A DNA stretch of 60,793 nucleotides, taken from a virus. Its lineage: Duplodnaviria > Caudoviricetes. The translations under genes were made by a program, and so were the position numbers. The notes below the pieces were generated by a model that was not told the DNA's origin, made no database searches, and was given only the letters and a program-made list of their open reading frames with translations. How positions within the stretch are numbered: the stretch's first letter is position 1; each line of letters begins with the position of its first letter. The DNA lies in IMG/VR virus record IMGVR_UViG_3300045996_001676, positions 1 through 60,793 of that record. One strand, given 5' to 3'. Of the stretch, positions 16,058-24,147 are shown in pieces.

Positions 16058-16288
16058 ATGCGTCTTTCCATCCGCTATACGATCATCGTCGCCGGGCGCT
16101 TTGTTACCGATATCGTTTCCAACGGCCCCGCGGCCACCGCCACCACCTCGAACGAATTCCCCGACGCGATCCAATTTGACCGAACCGAAGCGATGCGCCT
16201 GGCGCGACTCCTCCGCCGATCCGCCGGATCCGTCCGCGTTGTCCGCGACTACGGCCTCGCCGAAGAGCAAACCGTGTGCACACTGTAA
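16058..16288 (+). CDS. Small early hypothetical protein
   Basis: 76 aa, AGGAG RBS. Confidence 0.65.
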   Translation: MRLSIRYTIIVAGRFVTDIVSNGPAATATTSNEFPDAIQFDRTEAMRLARLLRRSAGSVRVVRDYGLAEEQTVCTL

Positions 16289-16347
16289 CTCCCACCAGGG
16301 CGCCCGCCGGGTGCCTTTTCCCAAGGCCTTTTTTTAAGGGTGAACCC

Positions 16348-16659
16348 ATGACCACCGCTGCCACCATGACGCCCGAAGTTTACGCCGACGTCGCGTCCGC
16401 CCAGCTTTCCGGGTTTCTTGCCCGCGTCTCCACCCGGGGCGTCAACCAGATCGCCCACGACATCTCCCCCAAGGCCTCCCGGGCACAAGTCGATCTGAAC
16501 GAGGAGCGCACGGTCGATGTCGTCTCCCAGGCCGCCGCCGCCGCCCTCGCCGAGCTGGTGGGGTGGAACACCGCCGCCGCCAAGCGAATCGCCGTCGCGC
16601 TCCTGGAAGAGGTGAACCACCACGCCGCCGCCCAAATGCTGGCCGACTTTTCCGACTAA
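16348..16659 (+). CDS. Small early hypothetical protein
   Basis: 103 aa, AAGGGTGAACCC-ATG. Confidence 0.65.
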   Translation: MTTAATMTPEVYADVASAQLSGFLARVSTRGVNQIAHDISPKASRAQVDLNEERTVDVVSQAAAAALAELVGWNTAAAKRIAVALLEEVNHHAAAQMLADFSD

Positions 16660-16708
16660 ATCGGCCACCACCAGGCACATTTTCCTAAAAATTCTCCCCC
16701 CTTTTAAC

Positions 16709-16737
16709 TTGCACTTTATTAGCTCTTGAGCTAATAT
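16709..16737 (+). promoter_or_regulatory. Sigma70-type promoter P3 with operator ATTAGCTCTTGAGCTAAT
   Basis: TTGCAC-N17-TAATAT; 8-2-8 palindrome with perfect arms at 16718-16735. Confidence 0.8.
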
Positions 16738-16778
16738 ATATGCAGTTGACTGAGGCCCCTTTTACGAGGATCCCGACT

Positions 16779-17291
16779 ATGACCACCGTCGCCGCCGATC
16801 GCTTTTTCTCCCGCCGCCCCGCTTGCTCTGCCGTGTGCTCCGGCCGATGGCTGATCTCCTCGTGCAGCTCCCAGGGCGTTACCACCTTTACCCCGTCCCG
16901 CGAGATCGGCCGCGGCAAGCGCCTTTACGGCGAGATGCACGGGCGCCAATTCACCAACTCCCCCGATTGGCGCACCCATCAGGCCCAACAATCCGCCATC
17001 GACACGGAGGCGCTTATCCGCGGATACGCCGAACCGCATTTTCGCCGCCCGTTCGCTTTTATCTCCCTCCAGCTCCCGCGGCGCACCCGCCACCATGCCC
17101 GCCAGATCCTCACCCAGCACGGCGAGGCCGCGGTTTTCGCTTTCCTTCGCCGCCTGTTCGCCAACACGCACCGCGCCGACTGGATCGACACCATCGCCGC
17201 CGCCGACTACATGGCCAGCCGCCGCGCCGAATGGATCCGCTACATCGCGACCGGCGTCGGGAATGACCTCGACCGCGCCGACCGCCGGTAA
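16779..17291 (+). CDS. Early hypothetical protein
   Basis: 170 aa from MTTVAAD, GAGGA RBS downstream of P3. Confidence 0.65.
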   Translation: MTTVAADRFFSRRPACSAVCSGRWLISSCSSQGVTTFTPSREIGRGKRLYGEMHGRQFTNSPDWRTHQAQQSAIDTEALIRGYAEPHFRRPFAFISLQLPRRTRHHARQILTQHGEAAVFAFLRRLFANTHRADWIDTIAAADYMASRRAEWIRYIATGVGNDLDRADRR

Positions 17292-17381
17292 GCGACCGAC
17301 CGGCCCCGAACCCGCCGCCACCCCGCGGCGGGCTGGGGCAGGCCGCTTGTGAGCCTCCAGGATCCTTCCAAGGGTGAAACC

Positions 17382-17675
17382 ATGAACACGCCGACCACGC
17401 CGGAAATTGCTTACGTTTTTTTTGACCGCGAATGGCTCGCCGAGACGACCAATACCGGAACCCGCACCCGCACCCGCTACATGATCGCCAACCCCGAAGC
17501 GCTTGAGTTATTGAATCGCCAGCATATTTTTTTCTTGCCCGTCGTGATCGTGCGCCACGGCGACGAAACCTCCGCCACCCGTGGAACCGTCCGCGTGCTC
17601 GTGCCGACGACCGCCACCGAACCCGCTTCCCTGGAGGAGGCAATCGCCGATCTCGTGCGCAAGTATCGCCCGTGA
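17382..17675 (+). CDS. Early hypothetical protein
   Basis: 97 aa, AAGGGTGAAACC-ATG. Confidence 0.65.
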   Translation: MNTPTTPEIAYVFFDREWLAETTNTGTRTRTRYMIANPEALELLNRQHIFFLPVVIVRHGDETSATRGTVRVLVPTTATEPASLEEAIADLVRKYRP

Positions 17676-17735
17676 AACCGCGGGGGGCAGTTTGTTACCG
17701 CCCCCCATCCCCCTTTTTTACGGGAGGGCGCCATC

Positions 17736-17930
17736 ATGCCCGCTATCACCGTCACCGTTTATGTTTCCGATGAGCAGCTCGCTTGGCTCAAGCGCTACGC
17801 CCAGGATACAAAATTAGGGAATGAGCCCCCCGCCGTCGAACACGTCCTAAGTGCGTTTGTCTTGACCCGCCTTGGCGAGCGCATGGAAGAGGTGAAGCGA
17901 CACGAAGAGAAGAAAGGCCGCACAAAATGA
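17736..17930 (+). CDS. Small ribbon-helix-helix-like protein
   Basis: 64 aa, 'ITVTVYVSDEQLAWLKRYA' strand-helix pattern; GGAGG RBS. Confidence 0.5.
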   Translation: MPAITVTVYVSDEQLAWLKRYAQDTKLGNEPPAVEHVLSAFVLTRLGERMEEVKRHEEKKGRTK

Positions 17931-18182
17931 ATTGCTATTCCGACCAGGATCTCGCCAAGATGCGCCAAAACATGACGGGTCGCACGCTCCACCCGCGCGA
18001 CGTCGAGCGCTTTCGGCAGGCCATCGAAACGCCGCCTCAATACCGAGCTTCTCCACCTCCGCGACGCAAAGATCCCATACCTCTCCCAGCTCGCTCATAA
18101 CGAGCTCATCGCCCGCGGCTTTTGCCTCCGCGATCTCCCCGCCACCGGGCGCGTTACTGTCACCCTGGTTTCCGTCCGCTAA
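17927..18182 (+). pseudogene. Frameshifted small gene (extra A at 18027-18029)
   Basis: MNCYSDQ...QAIE continues in the +1 frame as RRLNTELLHLRDAKIPYLSQLAHNELIARGF... with genome-typical C-ending codons. Confidence 0.45.
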
Positions 18183-18263
18183 GCCCCCTCGCAACCCCTG
18201 CTAAACCGCCCACTTACAGGCGCTGGAATTTCGCAGAAAATGCAGAATTCCGCGCCTTTTTTG

Positions 18264-18292
18264 TTGACGATCATTAGCTTTCGAGCTAATAT
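18264..18292 (+). promoter_or_regulatory. Sigma70-type promoter P4 with operator ATTAGCTTTCGAGCTAAT
   Basis: TTGACG-N17-TAATAT; palindrome at 18273-18290; preceded by a hairpin and T-tract. Confidence 0.8.
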
Positions 18293-18331
18293 ATACCCAG
18301 TGATTGAACCTCTTACTTAAAGGGTGAAACC

Positions 18332-19135
18332 ATGTTCCAGATGCTTGACACCGCCCGCGAAGTCGCCGCCGAAGCCCTCCAGATCGCCGTTGACGAATTG
18401 ACCGCCAAGCGCGACGCCATCGAGGCGGGCGCCACAGTCACCGCCAGCTGGCGCCACTTCACCGTAACGAGCAAGGGCGAAACCGTCACCTTTACCAGCT
18501 CCCTTTCCGATGCCGAGGCGATCGCCGCCCTCGCCCCCATCGCCGCCCGCAAGCCCGCCAGCTTCGCCGCTTGCCTTGTCGCCGCCGCCAAGCGCTACGG
18601 CCGCCTCTCCGAGAAGCAGCTCGCCTGGGCGCACAAGCTGGCCGTCGACGCGATGCCCGCCGCCACCACGACGGCCGCGGCACCCCAAGCCCCCGCCGCC
18701 CCCTCGCTTTCCGCCGTCGTTTCCATGTTCGACAAGGCCGCGGCGCACCTCAAATACCCGAAGATCCGCTTGCAGGCCGCGGATGGAACCGCGATCCAGC
18801 TCTACCGCGCCACCACCCGCAGCGCCCACCCGGGATCGGTGACCATCGTCGGCACCGGCGCCCGCCGCTATTTCGGCCGCATCGATCGCGACGGCACCCT
18901 CTCCGCCGGTCGCGATATGACGCCCGCCGTGCGAGCCCTGGTCGTTAGCCTCGCCGAAAATCCCGCTGGCACCGCCGCCGCCTATGGGAAGCTCACTTGC
19001 CGTTGCTGCTATTGCGGGCTCCACCTCGAAGACGCCCGCTCGACCGCCGTCGGATACGGCCCAATCTGCGCCGATCACTACGGAATGCCGTGGACCCCGA
19101 CCGAAGTCGCCGCCCACATCGCCCGCACCGTGTGA
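18332..19135 (+). CDS. DUF6011-like Zn-finger protein
   Basis: C-terminal 'CCYCGLHLEDARSTAVGYGPICA'; 'LSEKQLAW' motif. Confidence 0.75.
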   Translation: MFQMLDTAREVAAEALQIAVDELTAKRDAIEAGATVTASWRHFTVTSKGETVTFTSSLSDAEAIAALAPIAARKPASFAACLVAAAKRYGRLSEKQLAWAHKLAVDAMPAATTTAAAPQAPAAPSLSAVVSMFDKAAAHLKYPKIRLQAADGTAIQLYRATTRSAHPGSVTIVGTGARRYFGRIDRDGTLSAGRDMTPAVRALVVSLAENPAGTAAAYGKLTCRCCYCGLHLEDARSTAVGYGPICADHYGMPWTPTEVAAHIARTV

Positions 19136-19208
19136 ACCACCCGCGGCCCGCGGCCCCTCCCCACCGGGGGGAGGGCGCCGCCACCGGCAAAAATCCCCCT
19201 TTCTTAGC

Positions 19209-19237
19209 TTGACAGCTTATAGCTTCTAAGCTAATAT
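19209..19237 (+). promoter_or_regulatory. Sigma70-type promoter P5 with operator TATAGCTTCTAAGCTAAT
   Basis: TTGACA-N17-TAATAT; palindrome at 19218-19235 plus an overlapping TTAGCTTGACAGCTTA copy over the -35. Confidence 0.8.
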
Positions 19238-19264
19238 ACTCATGTCGAACAAGGGAGGCTAAAA

Positions 19265-19534
19265 ATGCTTTTCGTCGAAAAAATCGTAACTGAGTCGATC
19301 TATCCGGGCTCCGCTCTCCGCTTTGCCGTCCTTTCCGATGGCCAGCGTGTCCAGGCCCACTATACCGGCACTGGCGAGCTCGCCGCCGTCGGCGACGGGG
19401 TGGAGCTGTGCCGCGTCGAGCTCACCCGCGAATACACCGAGATCCGCCTCGCCCGCCGCATCGCCGTATGCTTCAACCAGCGCGGCACCGACACCGCCGC
19501 GTTTTATGCGTCCCTGAATTCCGCAGCTCTCTAA
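19265..19534 (+). CDS. Early hypothetical protein
   Basis: 89 aa, GGGAGG RBS downstream of P5. Confidence 0.65.
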   Translation: MLFVEKIVTESIYPGSALRFAVLSDGQRVQAHYTGTGELAAVGDGVELCRVELTREYTEIRLARRIAVCFNQRGTDTAAFYASLNSAAL

Positions 19535-19551
19535 CCCAGGAGGCCCAGGCC

Positions 19552-19806
19552 ATGACGAACCAAGAGAAACAACTTTTAGCCGTCGCCGCCAAGCAAGACG
19601 CGGCAATCGAAGCGATTCAAAAACCGCATATCGTCCGCTGTTCCGTGCGTGGCGGGGTGACCGGCCACCGCGAAAGCATTCTCAAGGGAGAAGACGGGCA
19701 CCCGCGGCGCTTTGCGACCCTCGCCGAAGCCCAGGCCGAAGCCGCCCGCCTCCGCGACACCGCCCCCCGCAACACCCCGTGCATGTTCCACTACTGGGCG
19801 GAGTGA
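19552..19806 (+). CDS. Early hypothetical protein
   Basis: 84 aa from MTNQEK, AGGAGG RBS. Confidence 0.65.
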   Translation: MTNQEKQLLAVAAKQDAAIEAIQKPHIVRCSVRGGVTGHRESILKGEDGHPRRFATLAEAQAEAARLRDTAPRNTPCMFHYWAE

Positions 19807-19847
19807 CCCGCCCGCCACCGAACCCCAAACCCCCAGGAGGCCCCGCC

Positions 19848-20174
19848 ATGTCCGCTACCCTACAAGCCCGCCTTGATCGCCTGAAAAACTACGCGACGCG
19901 ATACGAGCTCGCCGCCACCCGCGGAGATCGCTCGATTTTGATCTGCTATGCGAGCAACCGGAGCCGCAACGCGATTTTCCGCTACATCCAGTGGAAGGCC
20001 GATCCGCTCACGAAATTGACCGGAACGACCCGTGTCGACTTCAAAACGAAAGCCGCCGATGGATTTATGATGGGAGAATGGGCGATCCGCTTCACCGGCC
20101 GAACGCAGCGCGAGTGTATCCTCTCCAACGAATTGCCGTTTATCGGCGACCTTTACCCCCAAGAGGCCCAGTAA
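19848..20174 (+). CDS. Early hypothetical protein
   Basis: 108 aa from MSATLQ, AGGAGG RBS. Confidence 0.65.
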   Translation: MSATLQARLDRLKNYATRYELAATRGDRSILICYASNRSRNAIFRYIQWKADPLTKLTGTTRVDFKTKAADGFMMGEWAIRFTGRTQRECILSNELPFIGDLYPQEAQ

Positions 20175-20228
20175 TAACCATGTCACCTTGGGGGCGACAG
20201 GGTGACACCGCCACCAGGAGGATTTTCG

Positions 20229-20513
20229 ATGGACGGCCACAAAGAAAGAGCCCGCATGATCGCCGCCTTTGTGGCTTTCGGCCACGATATCAAAAGCGAC
20301 CTTTACCGCCACGACGCCCGACACGGATTAATGCGACGTTGTGGATCTGGCCACCGCGCGGCATTCTGGGCGGGATTCGATGGCGAGAAGAGAATGCACG
20401 CTCCCGCGTCCTGGAATTTGTGGGCCTATGAAGCTGGCAAGAAATTTCGAAAGCAGGCGCCCGCGTGGGCAATTGCCGCTAAAACCCCTCACCTCAAGGA
20501 GTCCCCGCAGTGA
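20229..20513 (+). CDS. Early hypothetical protein
   Basis: 94 aa from MDGHKE, AGGAGG RBS. Confidence 0.6.
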   Translation: MDGHKERARMIAAFVAFGHDIKSDLYRHDARHGLMRRCGSGHRAAFWAGFDGEKRMHAPASWNLWAYEAGKKFRKQAPAWAIAAKTPHLKESPQ

Positions 20514-20722
20514 TCACCAGACAGGAAATTATCGACCGGATCGCCGCCCTCGACATCAGCCAAGCCGATTTGGCGAGGCGAGCCGGATACCACCCCGTCT
20601 CCCTGAATCAGTACCTCAAGGGCGGCCGGGAGATCGACACCGCCACACTTGGCCGCATCGTCGACGCGCTGGGCGGCGTTGCCTGGAAGTGGAAGAAAGC
20701 GAGAAAGGTAGCTGCACCATGA
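20510..20722 (+). CDS. XRE/Cro-type HTH regulator
   Basis: 'ISQADLARRAGYHPVSLNQYLKGGREI...TLGRIVDALG'. Confidence 0.85.
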   Translation: MITRQEIIDRIAALDISQADLARRAGYHPVSLNQYLKGGREIDTATLGRIVDALGGVAWKWKKARKVAAP

Positions 20723-21264
20723 AGGCGATTTCTCTATGGCAGCCTTGGGCGACGTTATGCGCCATCGGCGCAAAAACGTTTGAGACTCGCGGCTGGTCGA
20801 CCACGTACCGCGGCCCCTTGCTCATCCACGCCGCACAGCGCAACCCGTGCGATCATCGTGACACGCACGCGCTTTTGTATCGCACGCCCTTCTATGATGC
20901 GCTCCAGCCGATCCAGTGGAGGCTCCCACTGGGCGCCATCGTCGGGATTGTCGATCTGGTCGAGTGTTTTCGCGTTACTCAAAACGTGAATGACCCCACC
21001 CCCTACCTCTACTCGCTCGACGGCGACTGTCGCGATACGCATTTTGGCGAGGATGATGAGCCGCTCCCAGGATTGCCCGAAATTGCGTTCGGTGATTTCT
21101 CCGTCGGTCGCTATGCGTGGAAACTGGAGAATCCGCGGCACTTTGCACAAGAGATCCCCTGTCGCGGCCGTCAGAAAATCTTCAATGTCTCCCCAGAAGT
21201 CGCCGCCCTTGCTCGCGCGATCATCCGAGCAATGCCCGCTCCACTTGCCGCAAAGTCTGAATGA
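20719..21264 (+). CDS. ASCH domain protein
   Basis: 'MKAISLWQPWATL..GAKTFETRGW.T.YRGPLLIHA' and 'GRQKIF'. Confidence 0.9.
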   Translation: MKAISLWQPWATLCAIGAKTFETRGWSTTYRGPLLIHAAQRNPCDHRDTHALLYRTPFYDALQPIQWRLPLGAIVGIVDLVECFRVTQNVNDPTPYLYSLDGDCRDTHFGEDDEPLPGLPEIAFGDFSVGRYAWKLENPRHFAQEIPCRGRQKIFNVSPEVAALARAIIRAMPAPLAAKSE

Positions 21265-21889
21265 TCACCCGCGCGGCGGCGCGTTGCCCGCTTTTTTTCC
21301 GGCCACGCCCGCCTCCGCTTTCCTCCTCCGCGCGTTTCATCGCCTGGAGCTCGATCCGCGCCATCTTGAGCGACACCCGCAGAAACCGCTCTGTGTTGTA
21401 ACGATCGCGGGCATCATGGAGCCGAAAGGTTTTCCAGTTGTTCGGGCTGTGCTGTCGCGCGTATGCCGCGGCGTCGATCGGCTGGATCGTGGAGAGCTGG
21501 TCAAAGCAGATCTGTGCATCATCCTCGCCCAGAAGCCCCTCCCGCGTCCGGCGCCGGTTTACCCGTTCGGAGAGCTTCCACAAATGATTTTTTACAATTG
21601 CATAAAAATAATTGTACGCGGATCCGCGGGCCGGATCGTATCCCCCTTTGTCGACGACCTCCATCGCCACGACCAGGGCCTCGCCCTTCATCTCCTCCAG
21701 ATCCGCCGCAACCGGGGTTTGTATATGCGAGGCGGCGACGTAGTGGACGATGCGCGCCATCTCCCGCCAAATCAATTCCCGATGCTTTTTCGGATGGAGA
21801 AACAGCCGCGTAAACACGCGATCATCGATTACCGGCTTGCCGTCCTCCGCCACCCCTCCCGGCTTCTCGTTTTCGTCAGACATTGCCAT
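21221..21889 (-). CDS. Sigma-factor-like protein (sigma70 region 2; region 4 not evident)
   Basis: 'LEEMKGEALVVAMEVVDKGGYDPARGSAYNYFYAIVKNHLW' matches the region 2.2-2.4 pattern. Confidence 0.65.
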   Translation of the reverse strand: MAMSDENEKPGGVAEDGKPVIDDRVFTRLFLHPKKHRELIWREMARIVHYVAASHIQTPVAADLEEMKGEALVVAMEVVDKGGYDPARGSAYNYFYAIVKNHLWKLSERVNRRRTREGLLGEDDAQICFDQLSTIQPIDAAAYARQHSPNNWKTFRLHDARDRYNTERFLRVSLKMARIELQAMKRAEEESGGGRGRKKSGQRAAARVIIQTLRQVERALLG

Positions 21890-21986
21890 TCCGTTGTAAT
21901 GCCTCGCCTGAGTAGAGGTTAAGTACCTCTGCCATTCGATGTCAAGATAAATCTCTGGCCAGCTGTCAGAAAGTTACGATTTAGTC

Positions 21987-22015
21987 TTGACATGCCGCGA
22001 CTATATAGCTACTGT
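21987..22015 (+). promoter_or_regulatory. Putative sigma70 promoter for the recombination/replication arm
   Basis: TTGACA-N17-TACTGT in an AT-rich divergent gap. Confidence 0.5.
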
Positions 22016-22052
22016 GCAGGTAGTCCACCCTTACCCCACCGGAGGCAACCTA

Positions 22053-22268
22053 ATGCGATCGAAGAAAACCCCCGCGGCCCCCGCCGCGCCGACACCCGTC
22101 ACAACCACCGTTCGCCAATGCGTGATTCGCAAGCCCTATGTGATCCAGAAGCTTGAGGAGGAGGCGAAGAGAACCGGCGAGGTTGGCGTCGCCATCGTTG
22201 CCGAGCGGATCATCATCGAACATTTCGCCCGGCGCGAAGCGATGGTATCTCCTGGGTGCGTAGTCTGA
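22053..22268 (+). CDS. Small putative DNA-binding protein
   Basis: 71 aa, GGAGG RBS, first gene after the promoter. Confidence 0.5.
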   Translation: MRSKKTPAAPAAPTPVTTTVRQCVIRKPYVIQKLEEEAKRTGEVGVAIVAERIIIEHFARREAMVSPGCVV

Positions 22269-22294
22269 ACATCTCGACTCGGAAGGGTGAAACC

Positions 22295-22765
22295 GTGTCA
22301 GACGAATACCTTATCGATTTTGATCGCCGCGGCGAAGTTGAAACGCTTTTCGAAGAGCTGCGCAGGCGCCGGGGTCCACACCGCGTCAAAGTTTCCTCTA
22401 CGCGGATCCGGACGCTTGCGCAGAATCGCCTCTATTTTGGCGTGTACGTACGGGCATGGCAGCTGCACCTCGCCGCGCAAGGTAAGCCGCTGAAATTGAA
22501 CACGCTCCATAAAATGCTGGCCGATCGATTTCTCTCCCGCCCTGTTTTCATCGAATCGACCGGGCTCGTGATTGGCCAGGAAACGCAAAGCACGAGTGAT
22601 CTCACCGTCGGCGAATACACCGACTTTCTGCATCAGGTCCATGAGTATCTCGTGAACGATTTCGGTTTGTTGAATATCCCGACCGTTGAGCGATGGACGC
22701 AAAACGATCAGGACGAGGCCGATTACTTTTCCCAGAAAGACCGAAAGGGACATGATGAGCCGTAA
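22295..22765 (+). CDS. NinB/YbcN-like recombination accessory protein
   Basis: 'RTLAQNRLYFG' and 'STSDLTVGEYTDFL' NinB-type motifs. Confidence 0.7.
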   Translation: MSDEYLIDFDRRGEVETLFEELRRRRGPHRVKVSSTRIRTLAQNRLYFGVYVRAWQLHLAAQGKPLKLNTLHKMLADRFLSRPVFIESTGLVIGQETQSTSDLTVGEYTDFLHQVHEYLVNDFGLLNIPTVERWTQNDQDEADYFSQKDRKGHDEP

Positions 22766-23102
22766 AACCAACCGCCTGCGCGTGCGTTGCCTTGGCCTGG
22801 AGATGAGAGCGCAATCCTACTCCCGGGCGATCGCCAATCTCTCTTTCCTGAACAAGTGCCACGTTATTTACACCGCGTGGTTTGCCGCCCTCGGTTCGGG
22901 CTCGCGGATGTTTCTGCATGTCAGCCCGAATCAGTGCGGCCTCGATTGGGTCGTCCCGATCCGCGATAAAGATTTCCGATGGGGATGCGAGCTCAAGCGG
23001 GAGATTGTCGATCAGCTCAACATGCGGAGTGCCGTGGAGCTCGGCCAAAAACTCGCGTTCGAAGCACGCAACGAATTATCGAAGCATCGCTTTGCGATCT
23101 GA
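22752..23102 (+). CDS. Hypothetical protein
   Basis: 116 aa coupled to the upstream gene. Confidence 0.5.
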   Translation: MMSRKTNRLRVRCLGLEMRAQSYSRAIANLSFLNKCHVIYTAWFAALGSGSRMFLHVSPNQCGLDWVVPIRDKDFRWGCELKREIVDQLNMRSAVELGQKLAFEARNELSKHRFAI

Positions 23103-23256
23103 GGAAAAACATTGAAGCCGTCCACCCTGCTTTTTCTGGCGTGCTCTGCGCTCATGCTGGGGCGATCGCTCGTCTCCGCAGATCTCATCGGATGCATCAC
23201 CGCCGCACTTTTCGCCGCTGGTATCGCGGCATCGCTTTTCGAGAGGCAGTAAAACA

Positions 23257-24144
23257 ATGGGAATCACCGACGTACAACGCGCCATGCGATCGGAGACGAT
23301 TGGATCCTCCGACGTCGCCGCGATCCTGGGCCTGTCGCCGTTCGCCTCCGCGTGGGATATCTGGGCCGAAAAGACCGGCGTCCCGATGCGCCAACGCCAG
23401 GGCACGGAAGCGACTGAGCTCGGAGACGAGTACGAAGCGCCGCTTGTTCGCTGGGCGGCAACGCAAGTGCCGGAGCTGCATTCGATCCGATACGATGAAG
23501 TTTTGATTCACCCCGATCATTCGATCCTGGTCGCCAATGCCGACGCCGTTGGAATCGAAGGCGGCGCCCCCGTCGGCATCGAATCGAAAACCGCCGGGCT
23601 CTGCGGCCCACTCGTGCGGCATGAGTGGGGTAAATCCCGCAGTGATGAGATCCCTGATCGCTACTGGATACAAACGCAATTCCAAATGGCTTGCGGAGGC
23701 CTCTCCCGCGTCTATGTCCCGGTACTCCTGGGGGGCGTCGGTCGCGTGCTCTACGTCGTGCCGCGCGACGACAACGCAATCGGCCGCATGATTGAGGCTG
23801 TGCTCGATTTCGTGGAGCGCTACGTCCAGACCCGGACGCCGCCACCCGCCACCCCGGGCGAGGATACGATCGAGCGCATTATCCGCCAGCCCAAGAGCAA
23901 GACCGATCTCCCCGCATCGGCCGCGGCCACAATCGCCGAATGGCGCCGCCTGCGCGATGCCCGCCTCAAATTCGAACACGCCGAAGAGAAGGCGAAAGCG
24001 AAAGTAATTGGGCTCTTGGGAACGGCCGAAGCTGGCACGCTCCCCGATGGCTCCAGTGTGACGTATCTCGAATATTCGCGGAGCGGCTACACCGTTGCGC
24101 CGTGCAAATACCGCTCCGCCAAGTTTCTCAAAAGGAAAGGGTAA
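23257..24144 (+). CDS. YqaJ/lambda-exonuclease family protein
   Basis: 'IGSSDVAAILGLSPF', 'G.EYE', 'ANADA', 'IESKT', 'YWIQTQFQM'. Confidence 0.92.
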   Translation: MGITDVQRAMRSETIGSSDVAAILGLSPFASAWDIWAEKTGVPMRQRQGTEATELGDEYEAPLVRWAATQVPELHSIRYDEVLIHPDHSILVANADAVGIEGGAPVGIESKTAGLCGPLVRHEWGKSRSDEIPDRYWIQTQFQMACGGLSRVYVPVLLGGVGRVLYVVPRDDNAIGRMIEAVLDFVERYVQTRTPPPATPGEDTIERIIRQPKSKTDLPASAAATIAEWRRLRDARLKFEHAEEKAKAKVIGLLGTAEAGTLPDGSSVTYLEYSRSGYTVAPCKYRSAKFLKRKG

Positions 24145-24147
24145 AAC

